The notes: a model not told the origin generated them from the sequence alone. 64,000 bases of DNA from Shinella sp. (GCA_033795365.1 JARYGU010000005.1:278191-342190); one strand, 5' to 3'; positions 1-9,615 are shown, counted from the stretch's first letter. Numbers and translations are program-made.

Positions 1-1371
1 GAGGTTGCCCGCATTCGCGACGACGCGATCGTCGCCACCGGCCGCTCGGATTATCCGAACCAGGTCAACAATGTGCTGGGCTTCCCCTACATCTTTCGCG
101 GCGCCCTCGACGTGCGCGCCTCCACGATCAACGATGCGATGAAGATCGCCGCGGCAGAGGCACTCGCCAATCTGGCCAAGGAAGATGTTCCGGACGACGT
201 CGCGGCAGCCTATCAGGGCAACCGGCCGCGTTTCGGACCGCAATACATCATCCCCGTGCCCTTCGATCCCAGGCTGATCTCGGCCATTCCGGTGGCCGTT
301 GCCAAAGCTGCGATGGAATCAGGCGTTGCACGCAAGGCTATCCCGGACCTCGAGGCCTATGGACGCGACCTGAGGGCGCGGCGTGACCCGATCGCCTCGA
401 CGCTGCAGCAGATCTACGCACGCGTCCGCCGTCACCCGAAGCGTGTCGTCTTCGCGGAGGGCGAAGAGGAGCAGATGATGCGCGCCGCGCTCTCCTATGC
501 CAACCAGCAGCTCGGCACGGCCATTCTGCTGGGACGGGAGGACGTCATGCGCTCGGTTGCCGAAAAAGCCGGGATCGATCTCGCCCGTGCGGGGATCGAG
601 CTCGTCAACGCCCGCATTTCGACGCGGCGCGAGGTCTATATCGACTATCTCTATGCCCGGCTGCAGCGGAAGGGCTATCTCCTGCGCGATGCACAGAGGC
701 TCATCAACAACGACCGCAACCATTTCGCCGCCTGCATGGTGGCGCTCGGCGACGCGGACGCGATGGTGACCGGGCTGACGCGCAATTATTCCACCGCTCT
801 CGAAGATGTCCGGCGCTGCATCGACGCCAAGCCCGGCCACCGGGTTATCGGCGCCTCGCTCGCACTTTGCCGTGGCCGCACGGTTCTGGTGGCGGATACG
901 GCTGTCCATGACATGCCATCGGCCGAAGAGCTCGCGGATATCGCCGAGGAGGCCGCGGGGCTTGCCCGCCGCCTCGGCTATGAGCCGCGCGTGGCGATGC
1001 TCGCCTATTCGACCTTCGGCCATCCTTCCGGGGAACGCTCGGAACGGGTGCGCGAGGCGGTGAAGATTCTGGACAAACGGCGCGTCGATTTCGAATATGA
1101 CGGCGAAATGGCTGCCGATGTCGCGCTCAACCCGAAAATCATGGAGCAGTACCCGTTCTGCCGTCTTTCCGGGCCAGGCAATGTGCTCGTCATGCCGGCT
1201 TTCCATTCGGCGGCGATCTCGACGAAGATGCTGCAGGAACTAGGCGGCTGCACGGTGATCGGGCCGCTTCTCGTCGGTCTCGACAAATCGGTTCAGATCG
1301 TCTCGATGGGCGCCAAGGATTCCGATATCGTCAACATGGCGGCGCTGGCGGCTTATAACGCAGGGGTATGA
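1..1371 (+). CDS. maeB: NADP-dependent malic enzyme, C-terminal part (5' end outside window)
   Basis: Frame 1 is open from base 1 ([37 protein letters not shown]...) and runs into ORF 73..1371. The end of the malic-enzyme domain is followed by a phosphotransacetylase-like domain ([24 protein letters not shown]), as in MaeB/Tme enzymes. Confidence 0.9.
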   Translation, partial: EVARIRDDAIVATGRSDYPNQVNNVLGFPYIFRGALDVRASTINDAMKIAAAEALANLAKEDVPDDVAAAYQGNRPRFGPQYIIPVPFDPRLISAIPVAVAKAAMESGVARKAIPDLEAYGRDLRARRDPIASTLQQIYARVRRHPKRVVFAEGEEEQMMRAALSYANQQLGTAILLGREDVMRSVAEKAGIDLARAGIELVNARISTRREVYIDYLYARLQRKGYLLRDAQRLINNDRNHFAACMVALGDADAMVTGLTRNYSTALEDVRRCIDAKPGHRVIGASLALCRGRTVLVADTAVHDMPSAEELADIAEEAAGLARRLGYEPRVAMLAYSTFGHPSGERSERVREAVKILDKRRVDFEYDGEMAADVALNPKIMEQYPFCRLSGPGNVLVMPAFHSAAISTKMLQELGGCTVIGPLLVGLDKSVQIVSMGAKDSDIVNMAALAAYNAGV

Positions 1372-1376
1372 CGAGA

Positions 1377-1413
1377 TTCTTCTCCTCCCCGTCTACCTAA
1401 GGGAGGAGAAGAA
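1377..1413. terminator. Hairpin between convergent maeB and olsB (possible bidirectional terminator)
   Basis: Perfect 13-bp stem: TTCTTCTCCTCCC (1377-1389) pairs with GGGAGGAGAAGAA (1401-1413), with an 11-nt loop. There is no clean U-tract on either side. Confidence 0.45.
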
Positions 1414-1415
1414 AA

Positions 1416-2294
1416 TCAGCTCGCGAAGCGGCCGGCATCGGCGCCGTAGTAGTTCAGGTACCGTCCGGAGATATTGCTGATCGGAAGAACGATCAGTACG
1501 TCCGTCGTGCGGAAGGCATGATCCACCACCGCGCCATCGCCGACCATGGCGCCGAGCCGCAGATATCCCTTGATCAGCGGCGGCATGGCTGCCAGCGCCT
1601 TGCGCGGGTTGATCGCCTCGTTTGGCATCAAATCCATCGTGCGATACAGTTCCTGACGGGCCGCCACGGCCCAGTCGTCGCGCACCAGCGCATTGTGGTG
1701 CAGGAACGAAAGCGCCAGAGCATGTTCCTCGGGAACGGTTCCGCTGAACGAACCGCAGCCGAACATCGCGTCCACGCCATGCTTCAGCGCGTAAGCCCAG
1801 TTGCCCTGCCAGAGGAGTTCCACGGTACGCTTGGTGCGGTATTCGGGAAGAACGCAGGAGCGGCCGAGTTCCATGAAGCGCTTGCCGGAGTGGTGCGCAA
1901 TCAGGGCGTCGACGTCGAATTCCGACTGGGAATAGAATCCGCCGGATGCATAGGCGACTTCCTGGCGGAGCAGCCGGTAGGTGCCGACGATCTGCTCCTC
2001 CGCATCGCCTTCTATGGACCTGTCCAGCACCAGCAGATGATCGCACACCATGTCCCAGGCATCGATATCCCGCTTGCGGCGAACGGCATCGGGCGGAAGC
2101 TGCGCCTGCATCTCTTCGGCAAACACGCGATAGCGCACGGCCTGAGCCGCGTCGATCTCCGCATTGCTGCGGGCAAGCCGGGTCTCAAGATTGCCGATCC
2201 GGCCGAGAACATCGCCGGCAGGCTTCGCATGAAGCACACCGGACGTCTGTACCGTCTCAGCCACCGGAACAGGATCAGCAAGTTCAACGGTCAT
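1416..2294 (-). CDS. olsB: Lyso-ornithine lipid synthase (ornithine N-acyltransferase) OlsB
   Basis: Translation MTVELAD...EIDAAQAVRYRVFAEEM...GTYRLLRQ...FMELGRSCVLPEYR...WQGNWAYAL matches my recollection of the rhizobial OlsB family. I chose the ATG at 2294 (AGGAAAG 4 nt upstream) over in-frame alternatives at 2309 and 2369. Confidence 0.82.
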   Translation of the reverse strand: MTVELADPVPVAETVQTSGVLHAKPAGDVLGRIGNLETRLARSNAEIDAAQAVRYRVFAEEMQAQLPPDAVRRKRDIDAWDMVCDHLLVLDRSIEGDAEEQIVGTYRLLRQEVAYASGGFYSQSEFDVDALIAHHSGKRFMELGRSCVLPEYRTKRTVELLWQGNWAYALKHGVDAMFGCGSFSGTVPEEHALALSFLHHNALVRDDWAVAARQELYRTMDLMPNEAINPRKALAAMPPLIKGYLRLGAMVGDGAVVDHAFRTTDVLIVLPISNISGRYLNYYGADAGRFAS

Positions 2295-2340
2295 AAGACT
2301 TTCCTGCATTAAGAAGGTGCGCATCTTAGAGCACGATTCT

Positions 2341-2358
2341 ACGACAGGATAGTGACAT
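2341..2358 (-). promoter_or_regulatory. Pho-box-like element upstream of olsB
   Basis: The minus strand reads ATGTCAC-TATC-CTGTCGT (7-4-7 spacing; 5/7 and 6/7 matches to CTGTCAT). A TAAGAT -10-like hexamer lies 12 nt downstream, about 45 nt before the olsB ATG. Confidence 0.4.
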
Positions 2359-2446
2359 GCCTCGGGCACTATAACCAGTGCCGAGGAAGGAAAAATGGGC
2401 GCCGGCGCTACCGCAGGCAGGCCTAAAAATGTAAACCGATCCTAAC

Positions 2447-4747
2447 TCAGATCGCCGATCTCTGCAGGAAGCGGCCGACCTCGGCGACAAGCACCTGCGG
2501 CTCGGCGGGCTTGGCGAGCACGGCATTGGCGCCGGCCGCCATAAGCTGATGGCGCAGCGGCGCACGGGTGTCGGCCGTCAGTACGATCAACGGCGTCGGT
2601 GCGCTGCCTTTCTCCCGTTCCTCGCGGCGGAGCCTGCATATCACCTCAAGCCCGTCACCGCCCGGCATGCCGAAATCGGTAATGACGATGTCGGGGAGCG
2701 TTGCAGCCGTCTCCTCCAGCGTCGCCAGCAAGGAGGGGTAATCGCCGACCAGCCTGACCTTGTGACCGGCTTTCTCCAGCACCGAGCGAACGAGCATCGC
2801 ATTGACGGGATCGTCCTCGGCGAGGAGGATTTCGCCTCCGGTCGCAGCCGGGGTGTCGTCCACGACAGCGGGCGGCTCCTTCAATACGGGCCGGTTGTCG
2901 TTGATCGCATCGCGTTTTTCTATCCCCCTCATCCGGCCGCGCAGAACCTCGACGAGTGTCCGCTCCCGCAACGGCCGGATCAGCCAGGCGTCGTAACCCT
3001 CGCCATTTCCCACCATGCGGGTGGTACGCTCCTCCGGATTGACGAGATAAGTGCGGCGAACCCCCTCGGCGGAGAGAGCATCGAGATGCGCCAGATCGCG
3101 GCGGAACTGGCCGGAAAGGCGATTGTCGACGATGATGTCCGTCAACGCCAGTCGCTTCATCGAGAGATGCTGCATCGTATCCATCGCCTCGTCCACGGTG
3201 GAAGCGTGATGGCAATGGCCGCCAAGCGCCGTGATGGTTCGGGCCAATGCGGCCGACGCCGGCCCCACGGGTGCAAAGAGGAAGACGCGCGTGTCGCGCA
3301 GAAGCCCCTTGCGCGTCGCTTTGGCAGCGCCCGCCTCGAGGCCGGATACCGGCATGCGTATGATGAAGCAGCTGCCCTTGCCGGGCTCGCTGTTCAATGT
3401 CAGCGAACCGCCCGCCTCACGCAGGATGCGCGCCGAAATCGCAAGTCCCAGGCCTGTGCCGCCGCTGCGTTGGGCAAGCCCCCCCGCCTGCTCGAACTCA
3501 TCAAAGATGCGCGCCTGCTCCTCCTGGCTCATGCCCGGACCGGTATCGCTCACCGCGATTGTCAGGATTTCACCGTCCAGCCTGGTTTCCAGCGAAACGC
3601 CGCCGCTATGGGTGAACTTCACCGCGTTGCCCACGACATTGTAGAGCACCTGCCGCAGACGCGGCGCATCGAAGGTGATGGTTCCCGGCACTTTCGGAGA
3701 AACGAAGGACCCTATTTCTATCCCCTTCTCATGCGCCCTATGGGACAGCATCTCGACAACCGCCTCCAGCATCGGCCGGATCGGCTCTTCGGAGGGGCGA
3801 AGCTGGAAACGACCGGCCTCGATGGTCGAGAAATCCAACAGGTCATCGACGAGCTGCACAAGCGCGTGACCCGACTGACGGACTCCGGCGAGATAGTTCT
3901 TCTGCTCCGCGGTAAGCCTCGTCTGGCCGATCAGGTGCGACATTCCGAGAATTCCGGAAAGCGGCGTGCGTATCTCATGGCTGACGGTCGCGAGCAGCCG
4001 CGATTTGGCCTCGCTCGCCTGTTCTGCCTTTTGCCTAGCGGTTTCGCGCTCGTTGTCCGCCCGCCGTTCCTCCGTCACGTCGCGTGCAATGCTCTGGATG
4101 ATCAGTTGCCCGCTTGAGGGCTCGCGCATCGTGATATCGTGCCAGGAATAGGTCCGACGCCCCTGAACGGTCTCGATATCGACGTCGTAGCGATATGCAT
4201 GCGTCTGCGAGCGGAAAACCAGCCCCACTTCCTCGCAGGTTTTTCCCTTCACCTCGCCTCCCGCGAGATCAAGCAGAACCGAGTTGCACTGGACGATTCT
4301 GCCGTCGAGCGATCGCGTGACGAGGATATCGCCAAGGACGTCGTGAATGGCGGAGAGAACATGCGACGTCTCGTTTCGCTCCCAGTCGCGGTCTTTCATG
4401 CGCTCGGATATGTCCGTTCCACGATAGGCAGTCACATGCTGAGCGATGAGGGCGAGCGATCCGGCGATGCCGAGAAATCCCAAACCGGCGGCGGCAAGGT
4501 AAAAGCCGGCCGCCGCTCCGGCAATCAGGGCAAATAGGGAAAACAGCAATCCGGCGCAGGCAACAATGGGGACGATCGTCAGCGGGCGGGCGAACCCGGC
4601 GTATCGCGCTTCATTGCCGGTGGATTTATCGGATCCGGCAGCATTTTCGCCTGGTATTTCGTCGCGCACCGGCTCGCCGTCACGCCGCGGCGTGACCCCT
4701 TCGAATTCGGTACTCAGCCGTTTCTGAAGCTTCGCGGGCTCGCTCAT
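2447..4747 (-). CDS. Hybrid sensor histidine kinase/response regulator (TM-PAS-HisKA-HATPase-degenerate receiver-receiver)
   Basis: H-box SHEIRTPLSGILGM, N/G boxes NAVKFT...DTGPGM...GTGLGLAIS, and a C-terminal receiver ILLAEDDPVNA...ITDFGMPGGDG...LTAD...AKP. The ATG at 4747 (MSEPAKL) is preferred over the TTG at 4777. Confidence 0.9.
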   Translation of the reverse strand: MSEPAKLQKRLSTEFEGVTPRRDGEPVRDEIPGENAAGSDKSTGNEARYAGFARPLTIVPIVACAGLLFSLFALIAGAAAGFYLAAAGLGFLGIAGSLALIAQHVTAYRGTDISERMKDRDWERNETSHVLSAIHDVLGDILVTRSLDGRIVQCNSVLLDLAGGEVKGKTCEEVGLVFRSQTHAYRYDVDIETVQGRRTYSWHDITMREPSSGQLIIQSIARDVTEERRADNERETARQKAEQASEAKSRLLATVSHEIRTPLSGILGMSHLIGQTRLTAEQKNYLAGVRQSGHALVQLVDDLLDFSTIEAGRFQLRPSEEPIRPMLEAVVEMLSHRAHEKGIEIGSFVSPKVPGTITFDAPRLRQVLYNVVGNAVKFTHSGGVSLETRLDGEILTIAVSDTGPGMSQEEQARIFDEFEQAGGLAQRSGGTGLGLAISARILREAGGSLTLNSEPGKGSCFIIRMPVSGLEAGAAKATRKGLLRDTRVFLFAPVGPASAALARTITALGGHCHHASTVDEAMDTMQHLSMKRLALTDIIVDNRLSGQFRRDLAHLDALSAEGVRRTYLVNPEERTTRMVGNGEGYDAWLIRPLRERTLVEVLRGRMRGIEKRDAINDNRPVLKEPPAVVDDTPAATGGEILLAEDDPVNAMLVRSVLEKAGHKVRLVGDYPSLLATLEETAATLPDIVITDFGMPGGDGLEVICRLRREEREKGSAPTPLIVLTADTRAPLRHQLMAAGANAVLAKPAEPQVLVAEVGRFLQRSAI

Positions 4748-4803
4748 ACCGGGCGCCGTAGCACAGCGAGCGTTCAAAACCGCTTCAGCAAAATGTTCGA
4801 ATT

Positions 4804-5295
4804 TTAACGATCGCGTCTTTTCATCAGCAGAACCTCATCGATGACGACGAAAGCTGCGCCGATGCTGATGAAACTGTCCGCGAGATTGAAGACGGCAAAG
4901 GACCAGGTGTCTGTATGAAACAGGATATAGTCAATGACATAGCCGAAAAGCAGCTTGTCGACGATATTGCCGATGGCGCCGGCGATGATCAGAGCGTAAC
5001 CGAAATGGGAGAGGCCATGCTCCTTCGGCGTTCGCCGCCAGAGCCAGATGACGAAAGCCACAACCGCCAGCCTCAAGCCGATGATGAACCATGTTTCCAT
5101 GCCTGAAAGCATCGAGAAAGCGACGCCGAAATTATACGTCCGGTAAAGCGCCAGCATCGGGATCACAGGTACGGGTTCCTGGAAGGGCAGCCATGCCTCC
5201 ACGGCGAGCTTGACCATCTGGTCGAGCAGAACCGCGATCACGATAAAGAGCGCCACCGGAGCCGGGCGCGAAAAAAACGATGCGCGTTGGTTCAT
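4804..5295 (-). CDS. lspA: Lipoprotein signal peptidase (signal peptidase II)
   Basis: 163 aa with 4 TM segments and motifs YNFGVAFS and [11 protein letters not shown]. Its ATG overlaps the stop of the upstream gene (ATGA). Confidence 0.93.
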   Translation of the reverse strand: MNQRASFFSRPAPVALFIVIAVLLDQMVKLAVEAWLPFQEPVPVIPMLALYRTYNFGVAFSMLSGMETWFIIGLRLAVVAFVIWLWRRTPKEHGLSHFGYALIIAGAIGNIVDKLLFGYVIDYILFHTDTWSFAVFNLADSFISIGAAFVVIDEVLLMKRRDR

Positions 5296-6167
5296 GCCTT
5301 GGATTCCAGCGAAAGGATGTGGCGGCGCGCCTCGAAGAGCATGATGCCGGTGGCTATCGCCAGATTGAGGGAGTCCGCGCGGCCGGCCTGCGGAATTCTG
5401 GCAAGCGCATCGGCTTCACGTGCCAGCTCGTCGGGAAGGCCTGCCTGCTCATTGCCCATCAGGAGAACGATCGGTTTATCGCGATAACCGATCGTGCGGT
5501 AGTCGACAGCACCGGCGAGATGAGTTGCGACGACATGCGCGGCCGTCTCCTTCCTCCACCGGACAAAATCAGCGGCAGAGGCTTTCGCGATCGGCATCGC
5601 GAAGACGGACCCCATGGTGGCCCGCACCGTTTCGAGCGAAAAGGGATCGGTCGTTTCGCCAACCAGAATGACGCCCGATGCGCCGGCGGCATCGGCCGTG
5701 CGGATGATGGTCCCGAGATTGCCCGGATCGCGCACCCGGTCGAGCGCCACGTAGGTTTCGTTGGCGGCGGGGCGTATGTCCCTGAGGCTTCGGTAGCGCT
5801 GCTCGAAGATGCCCACCACCATCTGCGGATTGTCGCGCCGGGTAATGGTGGAGATGACCTTCTCGCTCACTTCGAGGACCAGGCCACCGCTTGCAACGGT
5901 CTTCGCCGCAACCTGCTCGACCTGCGGCTTGCCCTTGGCCGCCTTGGCATAGACCAGCGTCTTGATCGTCCAGCCGAGATCGAGCGCGTCGATGACGAGC
6001 TTCAGGCCTTCCGCCATGAAGGAGCGCGTTTCGTCGCGTGCCTTCTTCTGCGCCAGCGCGCGTATATCCTTAATGATCGGATTGGTGAGGCTTGTCACCT
6101 CCTTCACCTGGCCGACGCGGCGAGGCCCGCCTTCCCTTGTTTGATGGTCCCGGAAATCGTGACTCAT
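5292..6167 (-). CDS. TrmH/SpoU-family RNA 2'-O-methyltransferase
   Basis: MSHDF...[20 protein letters not shown]...[10 protein letters not shown]...[22 protein letters not shown] (SpoU motifs). The ATG at 6167 forms an ATGA overlap with the upstream gene; the longer track ORF to 6425 is unlikely. Confidence 0.85.
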   Translation of the reverse strand: MSHDFRDHQTREGGPRRVGQVKEVTSLTNPIIKDIRALAQKKARDETRSFMAEGLKLVIDALDLGWTIKTLVYAKAAKGKPQVEQVAAKTVASGGLVLEVSEKVISTITRRDNPQMVVGIFEQRYRSLRDIRPAANETYVALDRVRDPGNLGTIIRTADAAGASGVILVGETTDPFSLETVRATMGSVFAMPIAKASAADFVRWRKETAAHVVATHLAGAVDYRTIGYRDKPIVLLMGNEQAGLPDELAREADALARIPQAGRADSLNLAIATGIMLFEARRHILSLESKA

Positions 6168-7402
6168 GCGGCAATCCAGCGGCTGAAGAGAGAAGTGGAA
6201 AGCGCGCGCTGCGGTGATTGGCCGTCCGCGCCGCTCTCGCGGATGATGAGTTCGCCGGATTCGACCACGCCGCCTTTGCCGCGCATGGTTTCGCGCATGA
6301 GCTCGTGAATCGAGTAGAAGCTTGCCCGGATCGAATAGGCCGTCAGAATCAGGCCCACAGCTTTTTGCGAGAGGATTTCCCTGCAGATATCGAGCATCAG
6401 CGGCAGATGGTCGAAGAGCTGCCACACTTCGCCGTTCGGCCCGCGGCCGAATTTCGGCGGATCGGTCAGGATGATATCGTAGCGGTTGCCGCGCCGCTCT
6501 TCGCGCTGGATGAATTTCATCGCATCTTCACAGATCCACCGGATCGGCAGTTTCTCTCCGCGGCCAAGCGTCTGGTTTTCACGCGCCCAGCCGATTGCCT
6601 TCTTCGACGCATCGACATGGGTGACCTCGGCGCCGGCACGCGCCGCGACCAGCGACGCAACGCCGGTATAACCAAAGAGATTGAGGACCTTCAGCGGTCG
6701 CTCCGACTGCTCGATGCGTTCTTTCATCCAGCGCCAATGCGCGAGCTGCTCGGGGAAGACGCCGACATGGCGGAAGGATGTGAACCGACCGTGAAAATCC
6801 GTACCGAGCAGCCGCATCGGCCAGGTTTCGCCGAGAACGGCACTCGGAAAGCGCCACCGCCCCATCCCGTCCTCGTCGGTATCGCCGGTAAAGATCGCAT
6901 CGGCCTTTTTCCACAGCTGTGGCGGCAGACTGCGTGGCCAAAGCGCCTGGGCCTCGGGCCGTACGATCCGGTAGGGACCATACTGCTCGAGCTTTTCGCC
7001 GTCGCCGCTGTCTATCAGCCGATAGTCTTCCGCCCCGCCCGTCTCCAGGATGACGGGAATACGCTCGGCAGGCCTTTCGCCGTCCCGACGCGACAGCGGA
7101 TGAGCGGGCGCGTCCCGCGACACGTCCCTGGATGCGCCTCGCGCAGGGCGCTTGTCCGGATGATCCTCCCGCGGGGCACTGCGTATACCGGCGCCGCGTT
7201 TGTCCGCAACCGATGCAGCATCCTTCTTTGTCTCCGCCGGGCCGGCCTGGAGACGACGCTCTCCCGAACGCGTCCCTGGAGGGCTGGGGATCCTCTTTTT
7301 CGTTCGGCTTGTTCTATCCTTCAAGATCGGACCCGTTTTTCGGTTGACGGCTCTGGCGCAAAGGGCTCGGGCAAGCGGACCCCATATCACCCGCCATATC
7401 AC
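6164..7402 (-). CDS. Class I SAM-dependent RNA methyltransferase (RlmI/PF10672-like); start uncertain
   Basis: The core runs from RIPVILETGGAEDYRLIDSGDGEKLE to LNLFGYTGVASLVAARAGAEVTHVDASK...IILTDPPKFGRG. The longest ORF starts at GTG 7402 and adds about 113 basic, low-complexity residues; the next ATG is deep inside the domain. Confidence 0.75.
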   Translation of the reverse strand: MIWRVIWGPLARALCARAVNRKTGPILKDRTSRTKKRIPSPPGTRSGERRLQAGPAETKKDAASVADKRGAGIRSAPREDHPDKRPARGASRDVSRDAPAHPLSRRDGERPAERIPVILETGGAEDYRLIDSGDGEKLEQYGPYRIVRPEAQALWPRSLPPQLWKKADAIFTGDTDEDGMGRWRFPSAVLGETWPMRLLGTDFHGRFTSFRHVGVFPEQLAHWRWMKERIEQSERPLKVLNLFGYTGVASLVAARAGAEVTHVDASKKAIGWARENQTLGRGEKLPIRWICEDAMKFIQREERRGNRYDIILTDPPKFGRGPNGEVWQLFDHLPLMLDICREILSQKAVGLILTAYSIRASFYSIHELMRETMRGKGGVVESGELIIRESGADGQSPQRALSTSLFSRWIAA

Positions 7403-7462
7403 TTGGCAAAGCGCTTTGCGATCTGCGATAAGATGCCAGTCGTCGCAACGGGAGGCATATTC

Positions 7463-7915
7463 ATGGACATGAACGGCGAAGAGCGCATCGCGGCACCTCG
7501 CGAGGCCGTCTGGGCAGCACTGAACGATCCCGAGGTACTGAAGGCCTGCATACCGGGCTGTCAGTCGCTGACCAAGAAATCGCCGACGGAACTGGAAGCG
7601 GTGGTGAAGATCAAGATAGGTCCCGTTTCGGCGACCTTCACCGGCGAAGTAACGCTTTCCAACCTCAACCCTCCCGAAAGCTACACGATTTCGGGCGAAG
7701 GAAAGGGGGGAATCGCGGGCTTCGCCAAAGGCGGCGCCGATGTGTCGCTTCGCGAGGACGGCGGCGAGACGATCCTCTCCTACGAGGTCAAGGCGCAGAT
7801 CGGCGGCAAGCTGGCACAGCTCGGTTCACGTCTGGTGGATTCGACGTCGAAGAAGCTTGCCGGTCAATTTTTCAACGATCTGGGCCAGCGGCTGAACGGA
7901 GCAGCCGAAGCGTAG
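7463..7915 (+). CDS. SRPBCC/CoxG-family protein
   Basis: MDMNGEERIAAPREAVWAALNDPEVLKACIPGCQSL...GPVSATFTGEV...GGKLAQLG is typical of CoxG. GGAGG lies 8 nt upstream of the ATG at 7463. No coxMSL genes are nearby. Confidence 0.85.
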   Translation: MDMNGEERIAAPREAVWAALNDPEVLKACIPGCQSLTKKSPTELEAVVKIKIGPVSATFTGEVTLSNLNPPESYTISGEGKGGIAGFAKGGADVSLREDGGETILSYEVKAQIGGKLAQLGSRLVDSTSKKLAGQFFNDLGQRLNGAAEA

Positions 7916-7930
7916 CCACGTCGGCGCCGC

Positions 7931-8269
7931 TTATTTGGACGGCAGCAACGACTGCGCCGCCACCGTTTCCGCGCGCGTCTTGTGCTTTTCGGCCTCGGCG
8001 TGCCACTTCACCGCCTCATGCGCCTCGCTGCGGGCGCGCTTGCGGTATTTTCCCTGGCTGAGCCACGTGGCGAGCGAACCGACGATCATGCCCAGGATCA
8101 CGGCAAGGAATAGATAGACGAAGAACGGGGCGGAAACGGAAAGGACGCTGTCCTCGGGGCGAAAGGGGTTCAGGGCCAGCGTGACCGACTGCCGGTTGGC
8201 AACGCAAAGCACGATCAGCACGATCCCGATCGGCGCGAGAATGAGAATGTTGATCAGTTTCTTGAGCAT
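7931..8269 (-). CDS. LapA/DUF1049-family inner-membrane protein
   Basis: 112 aa with two TM helices and a basic C-terminal tail. It sits directly downstream of ihfB, the usual alpha-proteobacterial context. Confidence 0.72.
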   Translation of the reverse strand: MLKKLINILILAPIGIVLIVLCVANRQSVTLALNPFRPEDSVLSVSAPFFVYLFLAVILGMIVGSLATWLSQGKYRKRARSEAHEAVKWHAEAEKHKTRAETVAAQSLLPSK

Positions 8270-8313
8270 GCCGCTATCTCCGTGGCGTCGGACGCCGCGC
8301 GGGCGTCACGATC

Positions 8314-8616
8314 TCAATCGTCGTTTTCGTCGGCTTGGCCGGGATTGAGACGCTCGCGCAGTTCCTTGCCCGTTTTGAAGAAGGGCACCCATTTCTCCTC
8401 GACGAAAACCGAATCGCCGGTGCGGGGATTGCGGCCCGACCGCGAGGGACGGTTCTTGACGGAGAAAGCCCCGAAGCCGCGCAGTTCGACGCGGTTTCCC
8501 GAGGCAAGCGCATCGGTGATTTCATCGAGCACCGCATTGACGATGTTCTCGACATCACGGTGATAGAGATGGGGATTGCGAGCGGCGACAATTTGCACCA
8601 GTTCGGACTTGATCAC
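8314..8616 (-). CDS. ihfB: Integration host factor subunit beta
   Basis: [33 protein letters not shown]...[28 protein letters not shown]. Confidence 0.96.
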   Translation of the reverse strand: MIKSELVQIVAARNPHLYHRDVENIVNAVLDEITDALASGNRVELRGFGAFSVKNRPSRSGRNPRTGDSVFVEEKWVPFFKTGKELRERLNPGQADENDD

Positions 8617-8643
8617 TGTAGCCCCCTCAAATATCTCGGTTTT

Positions 8644-9615
8644 TCAATCGCGACCAACCTGCCAAACCGAAACAAGACCGTCAAGAAACAACTTCTCCGC
8701 GCCGAGCTTTTCGAGCGCGGGAGCAACGTCGAATACATTACCGCGCAGGATCCGGGCGAGTTCGGCGGCACCGGGAACGAACCAGAAGCGGCTGGTCCGA
8801 GATGTCTCCTCGTAATCGACCACCGGGAGATCCGCGGCAACGTTGCGGCTTTCAAGATAGGCCTCTATCTCGTCCGGTCCACCCAGAGTGTCCACTAGCT
8901 TTGCCGAAAGTGCTTGCCGGCCGGTATAGATGCTGCCGTCGGCGAGCCGCAAGACCTCATCGCGCGGCAGGCTGCGCCGCTCGGCGACGAGATCCACGAA
9001 CCAGTTGAAGCTGTCCGTCACCATGGAGCGGATCATCGCCTTGGCCTCTTCGCTCGCGGGATGAAACGGCGAGGGCTCGGCCTTCAAGGGCGCCGATTTG
9101 ATTTCGTCGAGAGACACGCCGATCTTGTTCATCAGCTCCTGGATCTGCGGATACTGAAAAATGACGCCGATCGAACCGGTGATCGAGCTCTCCCCGGCCA
9201 CGATCGTATCGCCGGCCGTCGCAACCATGTAGCCCGCCGATGCGGCGAGTGTGCGCACGTCGGAAACGACCGGCTTCTTTTCCGCCACCTTTCGGATCGC
9301 CTTGAAGAGAACCTCTCCGCCATAGGTCGTACCTCCCGGCGAGGCGATCGTCACGATCAGCGCCTTGGCCCGGTCGTTTTGGGCGATCCGGTCGAGGCGC
9401 TCCAGAAGCTCCCGGTCATCTTGAATCAACCCGCTGACGCTGACGCGGGCGACATGGTCCCTGCTGCCGGCAAGCGGCCTTCCGGCGACCACGGCGGCTG
9501 TGACCGCAGCCACGACGATCAACAGCGCCACTATACGCCAAAAGGTGAGTTTCCGGCGCAATTGCCGGCGGTCGGCGATCGCGGACTGATCCATTTGCTG
9601 TTTCCTCAGCTTCAT
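8644..9615 (-). CDS. sppA: Signal peptide peptidase SppA (36K type)
   Basis: N-terminal TM segment, then SPGGTTYGGE...AASAGYMVA...GSIGV...K (Ser/Lys protease S49 motifs). Confidence 0.9.
   Translation of the reverse strand: MKLRKQQMDQSAIADRRQLRRKLTFWRIVALLIVVAAVTAAVVAGRPLAGSRDHVARVSVSGLIQDDRELLERLDRIAQNDRAKALIVTIASPGGTTYGGEVLFKAIRKVAEKKPVVSDVRTLAASAGYMVATAGDTIVAGESSITGSIGVIFQYPQIQELMNKIGVSLDEIKSAPLKAEPSPFHPASEEAKAMIRSMVTDSFNWFVDLVAERRSLPRDEVLRLADGSIYTGRQALSAKLVDTLGGPDEIEAYLESRNVAADLPVVDYEETSRTSRFWFVPGAAELARILRGNVFDVAPALEKLGAEKLFLDGLVSVWQVGRD

Noticed and set aside
2549-4117. A 522-aa + strand ORF. Similar long antisense ORFs occur at 6218-7462, 12401-13486, 21556-22653, 24886-25854, 36576-37841, 44827-46032, 52266-53474 and 53556-54953.
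   Set aside because: Each lies opposite a gene with clear family motifs (histidine kinase, methyltransferase, rpoN, dnaA, mutM, prfC, gshB, dnaN, DUF72). All have Arg/Gly/Asp/His-rich, low-information translations, so I treat them as shadow frames of high-GC coding DNA.
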